From contig CAVRLE010000005.1 of the NCBI GenBank assembly GCA_963721825.1, forward strand, positions 272,757 to 336,756: 64,000 nt of DNA. Direction: 5' to 3'. Below, in pieces: positions 36,939 through 48,138 of the stretch. Under the pieces are notes generated by a model, which was not told the DNA's origin, searched no databases, and worked only from the letters and a program-made list of their open reading frames with translations. Source of the stretch: an uncultured Acidobacteriota bacterium. Lineage in GTDB: Bacteria > Acidobacteriota > Terriglobia > Acidiferrales > UBA7541. The translations under genes were made by a program, and so were the position numbers. Every line of letters begins with the position of its first letter. Position 1 is the stretch's first letter.

Positions 36939-38483
36939 ATGAACCACACCGCTGCACGCCGATCGCCAGCGCCGCCGAGGGGACAGGCAGAGCCTTCACA
37001 TGAATTTGTCTCTGATACCTGGTTTAAAGGCGAAGACAACCTCTTCTTTCGAGCGAGATCTGAACGTCGGCGGATCGGATTCGTTCGCCAGGGAGCGTAT
37101 GTAGCGATCGACATTACCTTAGCTTGCCTCGGGGCAATTATCATCTACGGAGCGCGTTTTGGTTTTTCTCATCACCTCGGCTTGCAGATCGCTCCTGTTC
37201 GCGAATTGGTTCTTCGGGCGTATACGCATGCCTACCCCGCCTTCTTAGTGCTGTATGTTGCGCTGATTGTGATGGCTTGTATGAGCCAACACCTGTATCG
37301 CACGTCAAGAGAAATTAGTGCGCTCGAAGAAAGCCTCTTGGTGGCTAAAGCCATTGGGTCTGCAACCATGTTGTTGGTTCTTTTCATCTTCATTTCCGGC
37401 AATAAGGAAATCTCACGGTTAGTCGTGGCCTCCGCCGGTCTGTTAAATGTCGGCACGCTAGCCGGCTGGCGTTATGCCAAGCGGCGCTATGTTCTTCATC
37501 GTGCGCGCCGCGGGCAAGGGATAGCGCGCGCGTTGATCGTCGGGGCGGGAAGAGTCGGCCAAGCCCTTGCAACATTGTTTGAAAATAACCGCCAACTCGG
37601 TTACGCCGTCTGCGGCTTTCTGGATGCACATCCAAATGGAGACACGCGAGTATTGGGATCGATCCATGATCTTCGAAAAGTTGCCTTGGAGCAGTTCGTT
37701 GACCAACTATTTGTGACACCACCCACCGAGCCGGACCTCGTCAGAGAAATTTGGATCGAAGCGCGCCGACTTCGTCTGAACTTAAACGTAGTGCCAGACA
37801 TTTACGATGGCCTGGCATGGCGTGCGCCAATAAGATCGATTGGGGGTTTTCCGACCATCGAGCTCCACGGGCAGCCGCTTCCGGCGGTGGGGTTAGCCGT
37901 GAAACGCGCCATCGACGTCGTTGTGGCTTCAGTTGGTCTTATTCTTGTGGCACCTTTGCTGGTTCTTGCGGCTCTCTGGATTCGTTTAGACTCGCGCGGT
38001 CCAGCGATCTATTCCGCGCTGCGGGTGGGAAGAAAAGGGGGCAAGTTCCGGTGCCATAAATTGCGCACAATGGTCGTTGAGGCCGACGGCCAGAAAGAAG
38101 CGCTGCGCGGCGCGAACGAGCGCAACGGGCCGGTCTTCAAGATAGACAAAGATCCACGTGTCACACGTTGCGGGCGCAGGCTGCGGAAATACAGTCTGGA
38201 CGAACTGCCGCAACTCTGGAACGTGCTTTGCGGCGACATGAGTCTTGTGGGGCCGCGGCCCCATCCGGTAGACGATTACGAACGCTACACGCTCGAGCAC
38301 CTTCGCCGACTGGATGTGAGGCCGGGTATTACAGGTTTGTGGCAGGTGACGGCGCGGTGCGATCCGTCGTTCGAAAGGAACATGGCACTGGACGTTGAGT
38401 ATATCGAGAACTGGAGCCTTTGGCTGGACTTGAAAATTCTGGCCCGCACTTTACTAGTCGTCGGCACCGGAAATGGTCAATAA
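36939..38483 (+). CDS. polyprenyl-phosphate hexose-1-phosphate transferase (WbaP/EpsB-type, Bac_transf)
   Basis: N-terminal TM block plus KRAIDVVVASVGLILVAPLLVLAALWIRLDSRGPAIYS...GRKGGKFRCHKLRTM...DELPQLWNVLCGDMSLVGPRP. Confidence 0.92.
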   Translation: MNHTAARRSPAPPRGQAEPSHEFVSDTWFKGEDNLFFRARSERRRIGFVRQGAYVAIDITLACLGAIIIYGARFGFSHHLGLQIAPVRELVLRAYTHAYPAFLVLYVALIVMACMSQHLYRTSREISALEESLLVAKAIGSATMLLVLFIFISGNKEISRLVVASAGLLNVGTLAGWRYAKRRYVLHRARRGQGIARALIVGAGRVGQALATLFENNRQLGYAVCGFLDAHPNGDTRVLGSIHDLRKVALEQFVDQLFVTPPTEPDLVREIWIEARRLRLNLNVVPDIYDGLAWRAPIRSIGGFPTIELHGQPLPAVGLAVKRAIDVVVASVGLILVAPLLVLAALWIRLDSRGPAIYSALRVGRKGGKFRCHKLRTMVVEADGQKEALRGANERNGPVFKIDKDPRVTRCGRRLRKYSLDELPQLWNVLCGDMSLVGPRPHPVDDYERYTLEHLRRLDVRPGITGLWQVTARCDPSFERNMALDVEYIENWSLWLDLKILARTLLVVGTGNGQ

Positions 38484-38753
38484 GTTTTGGATGAGAAGGC
38501 AACTTATGGGGATCGTTTTAGATTAAGGGTAGTGGATTTCTCAGTACAGATGCCGGTTCCGTATTCCGAAAGCGGCCGACTTCAAGACAAATATGTCTTG
38601 GCAACATACACCTTGGCTTCGATTTACTTGATTGGCGTATTTTCGATTGCAGAAAGCTCTCTGGAAGGTAGATTTTGCCGAGGGCCCCGAGTAAGGAGCT
38701 AAGATCGTGGCCTCGTGCGAAATAGCACCATCAATAACTGTAAGGAGTAACCG

Positions 38754-39698
38754 ATGAAAGCTCTTGTTACTGGCGGTGCCGGGTTTATCGCGTCGCACGT
38801 CGTCGACAGCTACCTGGACATGGGATTGGACGTTGCCATTGTAGACGACCTCTCTCGTGGATCGATGAATAACGTCAACCCCAAGGCCCGCTTCTATAAA
38901 GCGGACATTTGCGACTGCGCCGCTATGCGTCGTATTTTCGAAAGAGAGCGTCCTGACTATATCAATCACCATGCCGCACAAATGGATCTGCGGCGTGCCG
39001 TCTTTGAACCTGTCTTCGACGCCGAAACGAACATTTGCGGCAGCATTTGTCTCCTGAATTTAGCAGTCGAGTTCAAGACGAAGCGAATTGTGTACGCGTC
39101 AACTGGGGGCGCTGCATATGGCGAACCCCTCTACCTTCCAATTGATGAAAATCATCCCGTCAATCCGACCAGTCCCTACGGTATTAGCAAGCATACTGTC
39201 GAACATTATTTGTTCACCTATCGCGTGCTGTACGGGCTGGAATATGTTGTGCTGCGATATGGAAATGTATACGGTCCGCGGCAGAGTTCAAAAGGTGAAG
39301 CTGGTGTGGTTGCGATCTTCTGCGAGCAGCTTCTCGCCAAGCAGACTCCCAAGCTCTATGGAAACGGAAAGAAGACGCGGGACTATATTTACGTGGGCGA
39401 TGTGGCTGACGCCAATGCACAAGCGCTAGAGCGCGGCAATGGGGAGATCTTCAATATTGCCTTCGGACAGCCCACCACGGATCGTGAGATCTTCGATGAG
39501 GTTAGTAGGGTGCTCGCTATTGAGCCCCTCGAGCCAATCTACGCGGAGAAGCGTCCCGGGGAGGCCGACCACTGTCATCTGAAGGTCGACAAAGCGAAAC
39601 AACAACTGAACTGGGCTCCAAGAGTGACGCTAGCAGAAGGCCTGCAGTTGACGGCAACGTTCTTTCGAGAGCGCGCTAGCAGCACGGTAGGAGTCTGA
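38754..39698 (+). CDS. NAD-dependent sugar-nucleotide epimerase/dehydratase (GalE-like SDR)
   Basis: AAGGAG SD. MKALVTGGAGFIASHVVD Rossmann motif and the YGISK catalytic YxxxK. Confidence 0.9.
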   Translation: MKALVTGGAGFIASHVVDSYLDMGLDVAIVDDLSRGSMNNVNPKARFYKADICDCAAMRRIFERERPDYINHHAAQMDLRRAVFEPVFDAETNICGSICLLNLAVEFKTKRIVYASTGGAAYGEPLYLPIDENHPVNPTSPYGISKHTVEHYLFTYRVLYGLEYVVLRYGNVYGPRQSSKGEAGVVAIFCEQLLAKQTPKLYGNGKKTRDYIYVGDVADANAQALERGNGEIFNIAFGQPTTDREIFDEVSRVLAIEPLEPIYAEKRPGEADHCHLKVDKAKQQLNWAPRVTLAEGLQLTATFFRERASSTVGV

Positions 39699-39741
39699 GT
39701 AGTCATGAAATAGCTCGCAGAAGATTTTATTAGCACTTTCA

Positions 39742-41016
39742 ATGGGCGGCATGCACTCGATCGCATTTCTGATGGATGACTCCCATGTTCAGGGTGCTGA
39801 TCTCACAGATCCAGAACTCGGTAATCCCGGTATCGGTGGAACCGAGTATGCTTTCGTTTCGTTGGCATATGAGTTAGCGAAACGCAAGCTAGCCAGAATC
39901 ACGTTCATCCACCGCAATCAATCGAATCGGTATCCGTCGATGCTGTCGATCATTCGCGTCGACGATTATCCGGCCGGATTGCGAGACCTGCTTCGTGAGA
40001 CCCCGGCCATAGATTGCATGGTTCTCCGCGGTCATGATTCATTGCCTGGCGCCGGCGTGATAGATGTCATTCCTGCTAATCTTCCTGTGATTGCATGGAC
40101 GCACAATCATCTGAGACCGTCGACACTTCGATATCTGAGCCGGTGCGAGCAGATCAAGCGGGTGGTATACGTCGGGCGTGAACAGTGTGCATTGGCTGCG
40201 GGAGCAGCGTGCGAGCATAAATCCACCTACATTTATCCCGGTATTTATGTTCGAACGCGTTCAGCTCCTCGCAAGGAGCGCCGTGCTGTTTACGTAGGGA
40301 GCCTTGTTCCTCAAAAAGGTTTTCACAGGCTTGCGAGATTATGGCCGTGCATTCGTAACTCATGCCCGACGGCTGAACTCGATGTGATCGGTAGTAGCGA
40401 CGTTTACCATCAGGGCCAGCGATTGGGATCTTTGGGTATTGCGTCTCCCTCTTACGAGAAATTGATCCTGCGTTATCTGCGAAACGATCCCGAACGACAT
40501 GGGGTCGTTTTTCACGGCAAGATGGGCAGCGACAAGTTTGACATTATCGCGCGGGCGCTGGTCGGGCTACCGAATCCAACTGGCTTCACGGAATGTTGCC
40601 CGGCAACTGTCGTGGAAATGTCCGACTGCGGAGCCGCAGTGGTTGGGATGCGCCAGTGGGGGCTGTGTGACACCATACTCGACGGCACGACTGGCTATCT
40701 ATGTCGCGATGATCGAGACTACGTGGCACGAGTGACATCTCTCTTATCCGAGCCCCATCGGGCGGAAGCAATGGGCGCTGCGGGTCAGCGATTTGTTAGC
40801 GACACTTTTTCTCATGACATCATCTCCAAGCAGTGGGAGCGTCTGTGGAATGAGGTGTTATCGTCGTCCGTTCCTAAGGTTTCGACTCCATGCATAAGGG
40901 GCAAATATCCACTTCGGAAGATACGCGTGGCAAACCATCGCCTCCACTCGGCTAGGCTGCACGCCGCATTGCATTTTGTCGATAGAGTTCGCGGCGTATT
41001 TCTCAAGAGATATTGA
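39742..41016 (+). CDS. glycosyltransferase family 4 (GT-B, Glycos_transf_1)
   Basis: AVYVGSLVPQKGFHRLARLW...FHGKMG...GFTECCPATVVEMSDCGAAVVG has the EX7E-like region typical of GT4. Confidence 0.85.
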   Translation: MGGMHSIAFLMDDSHVQGADLTDPELGNPGIGGTEYAFVSLAYELAKRKLARITFIHRNQSNRYPSMLSIIRVDDYPAGLRDLLRETPAIDCMVLRGHDSLPGAGVIDVIPANLPVIAWTHNHLRPSTLRYLSRCEQIKRVVYVGREQCALAAGAACEHKSTYIYPGIYVRTRSAPRKERRAVYVGSLVPQKGFHRLARLWPCIRNSCPTAELDVIGSSDVYHQGQRLGSLGIASPSYEKLILRYLRNDPERHGVVFHGKMGSDKFDIIARALVGLPNPTGFTECCPATVVEMSDCGAAVVGMRQWGLCDTILDGTTGYLCRDDRDYVARVTSLLSEPHRAEAMGAAGQRFVSDTFSHDIISKQWERLWNEVLSSSVPKVSTPCIRGKYPLRKIRVANHRLHSARLHAALHFVDRVRGVFLKRY

Positions 41017-41071
41017 GTCTGCTCAGGTGAGCTGCACCTGACAGGCAACCGTAAAAATAATTGGAAAATAG

Positions 41072-42397
41072 ATGTCCTCTGCAGAAGCGCTTCCGATAAG
41101 GGGAAGGAACGGGCAAGTCGTTCGCCCTGTTCGGACTAGAATGAGGATCGGCTCGGGGTCGCGTTCCATTCGTGTGCCGTTGGCGAAAATTCTTGTGTTG
41201 GCAGCATTTGCGCTCTGCATGAGCGCACCGGAAGAACTTTTTTATACTCGTATCGAAAGCGAGCTGAACCCCGATGTTGGTGCGATTAAGCTCCTATTGC
41301 TGGGGCTGGGTTTCGCCATTCTGTTTATTTGCAGGGGGCACAAGCAACATTGGGCTATCGCGGACCCATTTGTGATGCTGATGGCTTGGGCCGTGATCTG
41401 TTGGATCGTGTCTGGCGCCGATATGCTTCCTGCGCGCAACTTGGTGAGCAGCTTTGGAGGTATCGTAGTAGTTGCCTCGTTTTGTAGTGCCGTTCCCTAT
41501 GTCGGGGGCATTCGCGGCATCGTGCGTCTACTGGTGTGGGCTCTTGTTCTCACGGCGGTGACGAGTGTCATCCTCGGAATCCTCGGTCTTCAAGCGATGC
41601 CGGGCGAACTGGCATCGGCCACTCAATTGGAATGGTTCCACGGTATCGGTCTGCCGGGGTATGCGGTGGCAGGTTGTGCTGTTCTTATCGCATGGGTACT
41701 TGCTCGCTACCTTTCCGGGCCTGGCGTCTGGCTCGAGCCAGTAATAGTGCTGCTGTTGCTGATCCCCGCTTTTTCCTTTCTTCGTACTTTCCTCATCGGA
41801 ATTGTATTCAGCATCATCGTCGCGACCTATGTGGCAGTTAGACGAACTCGCCGAAGAAAACCGGAACGCCAGCAGACATATGACCACGGTTACAAGCGCC
41901 TTCTGCTGCTGCTTACGGTGATTCTTTTTCTTGCGGCTGCGATCTTCTTGCTGAAAACAAGCACTCGAGAGCAGGGTAGTGAGTTAAGCGGTCGAGAAGT
42001 AATATGGCCAATCGAGATCGCCAGCATCATCCAGCATCCTCTGTTCGGCATCGGACCATTCGGCGATGTCAAACTTCTTCGTTTTATCGAGGATTTGCCC
42101 CAAGTCGGTGCGGCGCACAGTGAATATCTGGGGGCAGCGGTCTGTTACGGGGTGCCCGGGCTCATCCTATTTGTTGGCACCCTGTATGCGATTTGGAAGC
42201 GAATTCTGCGTTACCGGCCTACGAGTCTCGATGAACGCTCGTGCCGCTATGCGGCCTTGTTTGCGCTCGGGAGTCTCTCGATAACGATCATTGCCGAGAA
42301 TGTGATCAGGGATCCCCGCCTTTTCGCGCTGTATCTACTTTTTCCAGCTTTGTGCTTGTCCGCGGGTGCGACTAACCTTAAGAAGGCCGCGAGATGA
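41072..42397 (+). CDS. O-antigen ligase/polymerase-like membrane protein (Wzy_C)
   Basis: About 10 TM helices. Large loop with GIGPFGD...AHSEYLGAAVCYGVPGLILFVGTLYAIWKR, typical of the Wzy_C domain. Confidence 0.8.
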   Translation: MSSAEALPIRGRNGQVVRPVRTRMRIGSGSRSIRVPLAKILVLAAFALCMSAPEELFYTRIESELNPDVGAIKLLLLGLGFAILFICRGHKQHWAIADPFVMLMAWAVICWIVSGADMLPARNLVSSFGGIVVVASFCSAVPYVGGIRGIVRLLVWALVLTAVTSVILGILGLQAMPGELASATQLEWFHGIGLPGYAVAGCAVLIAWVLARYLSGPGVWLEPVIVLLLLIPAFSFLRTFLIGIVFSIIVATYVAVRRTRRRKPERQQTYDHGYKRLLLLLTVILFLAAAIFLLKTSTREQGSELSGREVIWPIEIASIIQHPLFGIGPFGDVKLLRFIEDLPQVGAAHSEYLGAAVCYGVPGLILFVGTLYAIWKRILRYRPTSLDERSCRYAALFALGSLSITIIAENVIRDPRLFALYLLFPALCLSAGATNLKKAAR

Positions 42398-43944
42398 CTG
42401 CCTCCCGCCGGATCATCACCAACACGTTTGCAACCTACGTGAAGCTCGTGGTATTCGCCCTGACGGGACTGTTTGCTGTCCCTGTCGCGCTGAAAACTTT
42501 GGGCGCCGTAGATTATGGCATTTTCTCGGTAATCGGCGGGTGTTTAGCCTTTCTCATGTTTTTGAATTTCTCGTTCGGAATCGCAGCGCAGAGACATATC
42601 GCATACGCACTAGGCGAGAGAGGTAAAGAAGAAGCCACAAAATGGTTTACGACGAGCCTGATTGTCCACCTTGCTGTGGGCGCTGCTATAGCAGGGTCAG
42701 CTTTTCTTGCGTCGAACTGGATTCTGCACCATCTGCTCACCCTTCCCCAGGCGCGGCTTGCCGCGGCAGCGTGGATCTATCGCATGGTCGTGGTGACGAT
42801 GGTATGCAATGTTCTGGCAGCGCCGTATCAGGCGTTGCTCATTGCACACGAATCGATCGCCTCGATTTCGCTGATGAACACAGGAAGTGGCGTGTTTCTC
42901 CTTGTCGCCATTTTCTGCCTCAAATTCCTTCCAGGCGATGCTCTTCTGTGGTACGCGGCCATTTACTGCCTGTTTCAAGTGTCCGTCTCCGTCGGTCCGG
43001 CGTGTTATTGTTTTTACTCCTATCCGGAGTCTCGGTTCTCATCCCTTACGGTGGACAACTTACCCAGGCGTCTTAAGGAGCTTGTCAGTTTTTCTGGGTG
43101 GAGCTTGTTAATTATTCTTTCCCAAATCGTCCGTGTGCAGGGCCCGGCATTGGTGTTTAATGTGTTCTTCGGACCGATTGCCAATGCCGCTTACGGTCTG
43201 GCCGTTCAGGTACAAGGATTTGCTAGTAACTTCGTTTGGGGATTCCTAGGTTCAGCGACTCCTCCGATCGTGAAGCGCCAAGCCTCAGGCGACTACGGGG
43301 GAATGGCACGTCTGTCGAATCAATCGAACACCTATGGCTTCGCCATTCTTTGGATTGCTCTAGGTCCGGTTCTCTTCGAGATGGGGTTCTGCTTAAAGCT
43401 ATGGCTTCATACACCTCCTTCGGGCACGGCAGCCTTCCTGATGCCGGTGCTCATTGCGCTTATTGTTGATCAGCTCACCTTGGCCTACGGAGTGTCACTC
43501 GTAGCGACGGGGCGGATTGCCAACTTTTCACTAGTGTTTTCCATGGCGAACAGTATTGGCGTGCCGGCAGGATACTTCTTGCTTCGGGCTGGCAAGCCGG
43601 GGACGTGGCTTCTCTGGGCCGTTGTTGGCGGGGCTGCGCTTGCGGGCTGCGGACGGCTTTGGTTCGCGCGTAGGCACGCCACAATCTCCATCAGGGACTG
43701 GTTGAGTGACGTTTTGTTCCCTGCAAGTTTGTCTGTGCTCGGGTCTGTTGCAGTGGCGCTGGCGTTAATGCATTTCCTTGCCGACGGCTTGGCCAGGTTC
43801 ACCCTGATAGTGGTGTTAAATTGTGCAGTGGTGTGCCTCATCATGTGGTTTTTTGGTACCAGCGCAGAGCAGCGATCTAAATTGAGGACTCTCGCTGCCT
43901 CAGTTCCTATTCGCTTGTCCGCTAGGCCGGCTGCGCAAGGGTGA
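42394..43944 (+). CDS. polysaccharide flippase (Wzx, MOP superfamily)
   Basis: ATGA overlap with the previous gene. About 14 TM helices. N-terminus IITNTFATYVKLVVFALTGLFAVPVALKTLGAVDYGIFSV is typical of Wzx/RfbX proteins. Confidence 0.8.
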   Translation: MTASRRIITNTFATYVKLVVFALTGLFAVPVALKTLGAVDYGIFSVIGGCLAFLMFLNFSFGIAAQRHIAYALGERGKEEATKWFTTSLIVHLAVGAAIAGSAFLASNWILHHLLTLPQARLAAAAWIYRMVVVTMVCNVLAAPYQALLIAHESIASISLMNTGSGVFLLVAIFCLKFLPGDALLWYAAIYCLFQVSVSVGPACYCFYSYPESRFSSLTVDNLPRRLKELVSFSGWSLLIILSQIVRVQGPALVFNVFFGPIANAAYGLAVQVQGFASNFVWGFLGSATPPIVKRQASGDYGGMARLSNQSNTYGFAILWIALGPVLFEMGFCLKLWLHTPPSGTAAFLMPVLIALIVDQLTLAYGVSLVATGRIANFSLVFSMANSIGVPAGYFLLRAGKPGTWLLWAVVGGAALAGCGRLWFARRHATISIRDWLSDVLFPASLSVLGSVAVALALMHFLADGLARFTLIVVLNCAVVCLIMWFFGTSAEQRSKLRTLAASVPIRLSARPAAQG

Positions 43945-44026
43945 GGGTCGCCGTGGAAACGTTTGAACGCAACATGAGCAGGAGCAATGCACCAGAAACT
44001 ACTCTGGCAGTCTGGAATATAAGGAG

Positions 44027-44935
44027 ATGATGCTCACAGTCACTCTCCCGGTATACAACGCGATGCCTTACCTGCCGGCAGCCGTGGAGAGCATCCTCAG
44101 CCAATCCTATGCGGATTTTGACTTTCTGATCATCGACGACGGTTCTACTGACGGTTCCGCAGATTACCTTCGTTCGTCATCCGATCCGCGTATCAAATTA
44201 AAGGTGCGCGAGAATCGAGGCCTTGGAGCGACTCTTAATGAACTGTTCTGCGATTCACGAACCGAGTACGTCGCACGTATGGATGCCGACGATATCAGCT
44301 CTTCGGACCGCCTCAGTAAGCAAATGGCATACCTTCGCGAACACGGTCACGTTGTTGCGCTTGGTACGGGATTGGCCTTCATGGTAGGGGATCGCCTCGT
44401 GGGTGCTCCCCGACCGGCTGCTGACCATTCGGCTATTCGCCATAGGCTTCTCCAGAAACGACCCGGGCTGAACCATCCAACTATGGTTGTGAAGCGTGCG
44501 GCATGGCAGGCAATTGGCGGATATCGCTTCTCTGGTGCCGGTGAGGACTTGGATTTTTGTCTCCGCTTGTGCGATGTCGGACAAGTTGCAAACATTCCGC
44601 AACCGTCGTACCACTACCGTTTACGTGAGGAGTCATTGAGTTTTACAACTCGCGGTGAGACTCAGGTGGGCTATGCTTTCGCAGTTGCCTGCGCCAGAGC
44701 GCGCGAGCGTGGATTGGCTGAGCCCGAGTTTCTGAACTTTCATTCTGCATGGGAGCGACGATCAAGCTGGGCTCGCTTTGGGCAATTCTTCTCCGATGCT
44801 GGTCAAGGCCTTTACCGACGTTCAATTATTCGTCGAGGTGAAGGCCACTCAGTCGCATCATATGTGTATCTGGCGGGGGCTGCAATATGCCGTCCCCGTA
44901 TTGCCCTGTCGCGACTTGCCACTCGACAGGCCTAG
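44027..44935 (+). CDS. glycosyltransferase family 2
   Basis: AAGGAG SD. VTLPVYNAMPYLPAAVESILSQSYADFDFLIIDDGSTDGS and ARMDADD (DxD). Confidence 0.9.
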   Translation: MMLTVTLPVYNAMPYLPAAVESILSQSYADFDFLIIDDGSTDGSADYLRSSSDPRIKLKVRENRGLGATLNELFCDSRTEYVARMDADDISSSDRLSKQMAYLREHGHVVALGTGLAFMVGDRLVGAPRPAADHSAIRHRLLQKRPGLNHPTMVVKRAAWQAIGGYRFSGAGEDLDFCLRLCDVGQVANIPQPSYHYRLREESLSFTTRGETQVGYAFAVACARARERGLAEPEFLNFHSAWERRSSWARFGQFFSDAGQGLYRRSIIRRGEGHSVASYVYLAGAAICRPRIALSRLATRQA

Positions 44936-45047
44936 CTGATGTCCGCAACCCGTTACATGCTCCAAAATCGGCAGCACAGTCTAGAGAAAAGAATGCCGTT
45001 AGTACTGCGGTCCCATTGTTATACACCTCAAAAGTAGATTTCCGAGA

Positions 45048-45815
45048 ATGAGTCTTGTCATGAACCTCATCGGTAAGGCCGCCAGCACTTGGCCATACGA
45101 GACCATTACAGGCCGGATCTTGCGGCTACCTTTGCGCGCCATCCCGAAGGCTGTCGTCGTTTCGATCCCTTCTGGCCCTGCAAGAGGCATAAGGTGGAGT
45201 ACGGGAGCCGGTGTGGAGGACTTTTGGCTGGGCACTTATGAGCTCGAGAAGGCGAAACTCTTCGCGCGGCATGCCAAGCCCGAATGGACGGTTTATGATG
45301 TCGGAGCCAATGTTGGCTTCTATACTCTGATTGCCTCGCGGGCGGTTGGACCGACGGGCCGAGTCGTTGCGTTCGAACCCTCACCACGAAACCTTGGCTT
45401 CCTGCACCATCATTTGAGGCTGAATCACAATACGAATGTCAAGGTTCTGGACATCGCTGTCTCCAACTCCGAAGGTATGACGCGATTTCTTGTGGGCAAC
45501 GATCCGCGGACATCGAAAATGATGGTTGCAGGCGACACTACCGTGCGCACGACTACTCTCGATCGCCTGATGGAAGAAGAGCTCCCCTTGCCAGATCTAA
45601 TCGAGATGGACATCGAAGGTGCGGAGTACTCGGCATTGTGTGGCGCCAACCAACTGCTTCGGAAGTCGAGTCCTGTGATTTTTCTTTCCACGCATGGCAG
45701 AGACGTTCACCGAGCCTGCTGCGAACTCTTGCGCACCCTCGGCTACAGGCTGCATGCGATTGGTCCGATGTCGATCGATGACACCGATGAGCTTTACTGC
45801 GTCAAAGAGTGCTGA
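45048..45815 (+). CDS. FkbM-family SAM-dependent methyltransferase (copy 1)
   Basis: VYDVGANVGFYTLIASRAVGPTGRVVAFEPSPRN...DLIEMDIEGAEYSAL is the FkbM signature. Confidence 0.88.
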   Translation: MSLVMNLIGKAASTWPYETITGRILRLPLRAIPKAVVVSIPSGPARGIRWSTGAGVEDFWLGTYELEKAKLFARHAKPEWTVYDVGANVGFYTLIASRAVGPTGRVVAFEPSPRNLGFLHHHLRLNHNTNVKVLDIAVSNSEGMTRFLVGNDPRTSKMMVAGDTTVRTTTLDRLMEEELPLPDLIEMDIEGAEYSALCGANQLLRKSSPVIFLSTHGRDVHRACCELLRTLGYRLHAIGPMSIDDTDELYCVKEC

Positions 45816-46158
45816 AGCTCTCGCGAGGGAAATTCTTAGAGGAAAATCTCCGTTCAAACCCGAAATTCGAATTGAAACACCTGAGTCGTCAAGGAGCAGA
45901 ACCCCCTTCTCGAAAACGCGAGAGTTGAGAAGAGTCATCTCGCTCAGTGGAACTTGATGCATATCGCAGTAATTCGCCTGAGCTGGACGTATTACAGCAC
46001 GAAGACGCGTACGTCGTATTCTTCCGCCTTGGAGCGCGGCACATACTGCACAATTTCAACAGAACAACAGCGCTGCCTACCCTCGGATGGAAACGAGGAA
46101 TTCGTGGGCGTTGTCGTTGTGGCGCTAGGGAGAACCCGGCTGGGGAAAATGTGAACCC

Positions 46159-46905
46159 ATGATTGGTTTTGTCAGAGCGAGGAGGGATGCTACCAAGTCG
46201 GACAACGGTGTTACCGCTAGGATCGCCGGTCACACGTTTCTTCCGTCGCTCCTCGCGCCCGATTCTCTGGTCTTGGATATTGGTGCGAATCAAGGGCAGT
46301 TCACGCGAGCGATTGTAAGAGACTTCGGTTGCAGAGTTCACGCTGTGGAGCCAAATCCGCATCTATGCACTGGTCTCCAACAGTTGGCCATCCCGGGGGT
46401 GACGGTCCATGGGGTAGCCCTTGCTGGTATGCGTGGTCCTCGACCGTTCCTGGTAATGAACAATTCGGAAGCGTCGCACTTTCGGAATGCGAGTGCTTCA
46501 AACGAAGGATCTGTTCAGGTGCAGGCTGTGACGCTGGAGGATTTGATCTCGCAGATGCCGGCCCCTGCCAGCATCGATTTAGTAAAAATGGACATTGAAG
46601 GTGCGGAGCTCGATGTCCTCGAACATGTGCGGGCAGGATTCCTGGAGCGTGTGAGGCAACTGACCATCGAGTTCCACCAGTTTGTTTACCCCGAGAGTCG
46701 TGTCCGGATCGAGGCCATCAAAAAGCGATTCGCTGACCTTGGTTTTTGGGTTGTTGACTTTTCTCGGACGAACTACGATGTCTTATTCGTCCACTCCGCC
46801 GCAGGTCTCAATAATCGTGTGCGAGCCTCGGTTCTTTTTGAAAAATATCATCATCGCTTCAAGCGGGGCCTGTCTCATTGGCTGGGCCGTAGGCACAGAG
46901 GGTAA
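46159..46905 (+). CDS. FkbM-family SAM-dependent methyltransferase (divergent)
   Basis: VLDIGANQGQFTRAIVRDFGCRVHAVEPNP...DLVKMDIEGAELDVLE. Confidence 0.85.
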   Translation: MIGFVRARRDATKSDNGVTARIAGHTFLPSLLAPDSLVLDIGANQGQFTRAIVRDFGCRVHAVEPNPHLCTGLQQLAIPGVTVHGVALAGMRGPRPFLVMNNSEASHFRNASASNEGSVQVQAVTLEDLISQMPAPASIDLVKMDIEGAELDVLEHVRAGFLERVRQLTIEFHQFVYPESRVRIEAIKKRFADLGFWVVDFSRTNYDVLFVHSAAGLNNRVRASVLFEKYHHRFKRGLSHWLGRRHRG

Positions 46906-47095
46906 CTCGAGAGCTTAACCTATGGCCATTGCGAGGAAGGAAAAGCTGATGAGCCCTTTTGGTGGCTCTCTATTGCTGGTACGAAAAGGATTGCGCCGCA
47001 TTCTTCCGTCATGAGAATGAGATTCGAGCATGAGGGAACCTCTAATTAGTCGACTATGGTGCATGTTTCGAAACATTCAGCGACAAGGGAAGTAG

Positions 47096-47953
47096 GTGAA
47101 ACGTATGGCAATCGGGTATCACGAGCTTCAGTTTCTGCGCTTCTCGGCGAAGCACGCGCCGTTCGGTCGCGTTGCGACGATCGGCCGACAAGAACTGAGT
47201 CTTGACAGGGAAGAAGTCTGTGGCCTGTTAGGCGTTGGGACAGAATACAAGCATGAGAAATATTGCGATGGTCTGCTGTTGCGGAATTTCGGCGCTGCAT
47301 GTGTAGATTCTTGGGATTACTCTGACTACGAAGGAGCGAGCCATATTGCAGATATGAACAAGCCCCTGAACGAAAAATTGTCGAAATATGACACGGTAAT
47401 CGATACCGGAACCCTGGAGCACGTTTACAATGCTCCGCAGGCACTTCTGAACGTGTCAGAGTTGTGCTGCGACGGCGGACAGATTTTACACGTGGTGCCA
47501 GGGAACAACTTTTGTGGTCATGGGTTTTGGCAGTTTTCCCCGGAACTATTTTTTTCACTGTACTGCGAGTCGAACGGTTACTCGGAGACGAGAGTCTTTC
47601 TGGCAAGTGAATTTCGAACTGATATTTGGTATGAGGTAAGAAAGCCTGAAAATGGTCAGCGGGCGAATGTAATATCGTTTACGCCCACTTTCGCGCTTTG
47701 CAGAACGGTGAAAGCCCGCAAGTGTCGCCATGATAGCGTTCAGCAGTCGGACTATATCCACATGTGGCAACACAATGGTAAACCGCAGGTCAAGGTCAGA
47801 CCAATGTGGCGAGCAAAGATCGCATCGGCCCTTCAGACTTCGCCCCTTATTGACTTCGCGTTCTTCTCATACGTCAAGATTTCAGGTAAGCGGTCGTTAT
47901 CAGACCGAAACCCACATCTGACTGCGCGTTCGGTGCGCTTTCTTGCCCAATAA
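47096..47953 (+). CDS. class I SAM-dependent methyltransferase-like protein
   Basis: YDTVIDTGTLEHVYNAPQALLNVSELCCDGGQILHVVP resembles the post-motif-I/II region of Methyltransf_11/23 enzymes. Start is GTG 47096 or ATG 47105. Confidence 0.65.
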   Translation: MKRMAIGYHELQFLRFSAKHAPFGRVATIGRQELSLDREEVCGLLGVGTEYKHEKYCDGLLLRNFGAACVDSWDYSDYEGASHIADMNKPLNEKLSKYDTVIDTGTLEHVYNAPQALLNVSELCCDGGQILHVVPGNNFCGHGFWQFSPELFFSLYCESNGYSETRVFLASEFRTDIWYEVRKPENGQRANVISFTPTFALCRTVKARKCRHDSVQQSDYIHMWQHNGKPQVKVRPMWRAKIASALQTSPLIDFAFFSYVKISGKRSLSDRNPHLTARSVRFLAQ

Positions 47954-48138
47954 ACATTATGTAATCACCGTTGCTTGTTTGTGTCTAGCTGTGTATCGCG
48001 CTCGGCGGAGCCGTGTGCTCGTGGCAAGCAACACCGACTCGCGCTTCTGGAAGAGAGTCGCATGTACTCCGATATCCTCGTGTTCCGGTTTCCCTGTTGA
48101 AGAAACCGATCAGCTCTAGCGAAAAGAGACTTCTACTG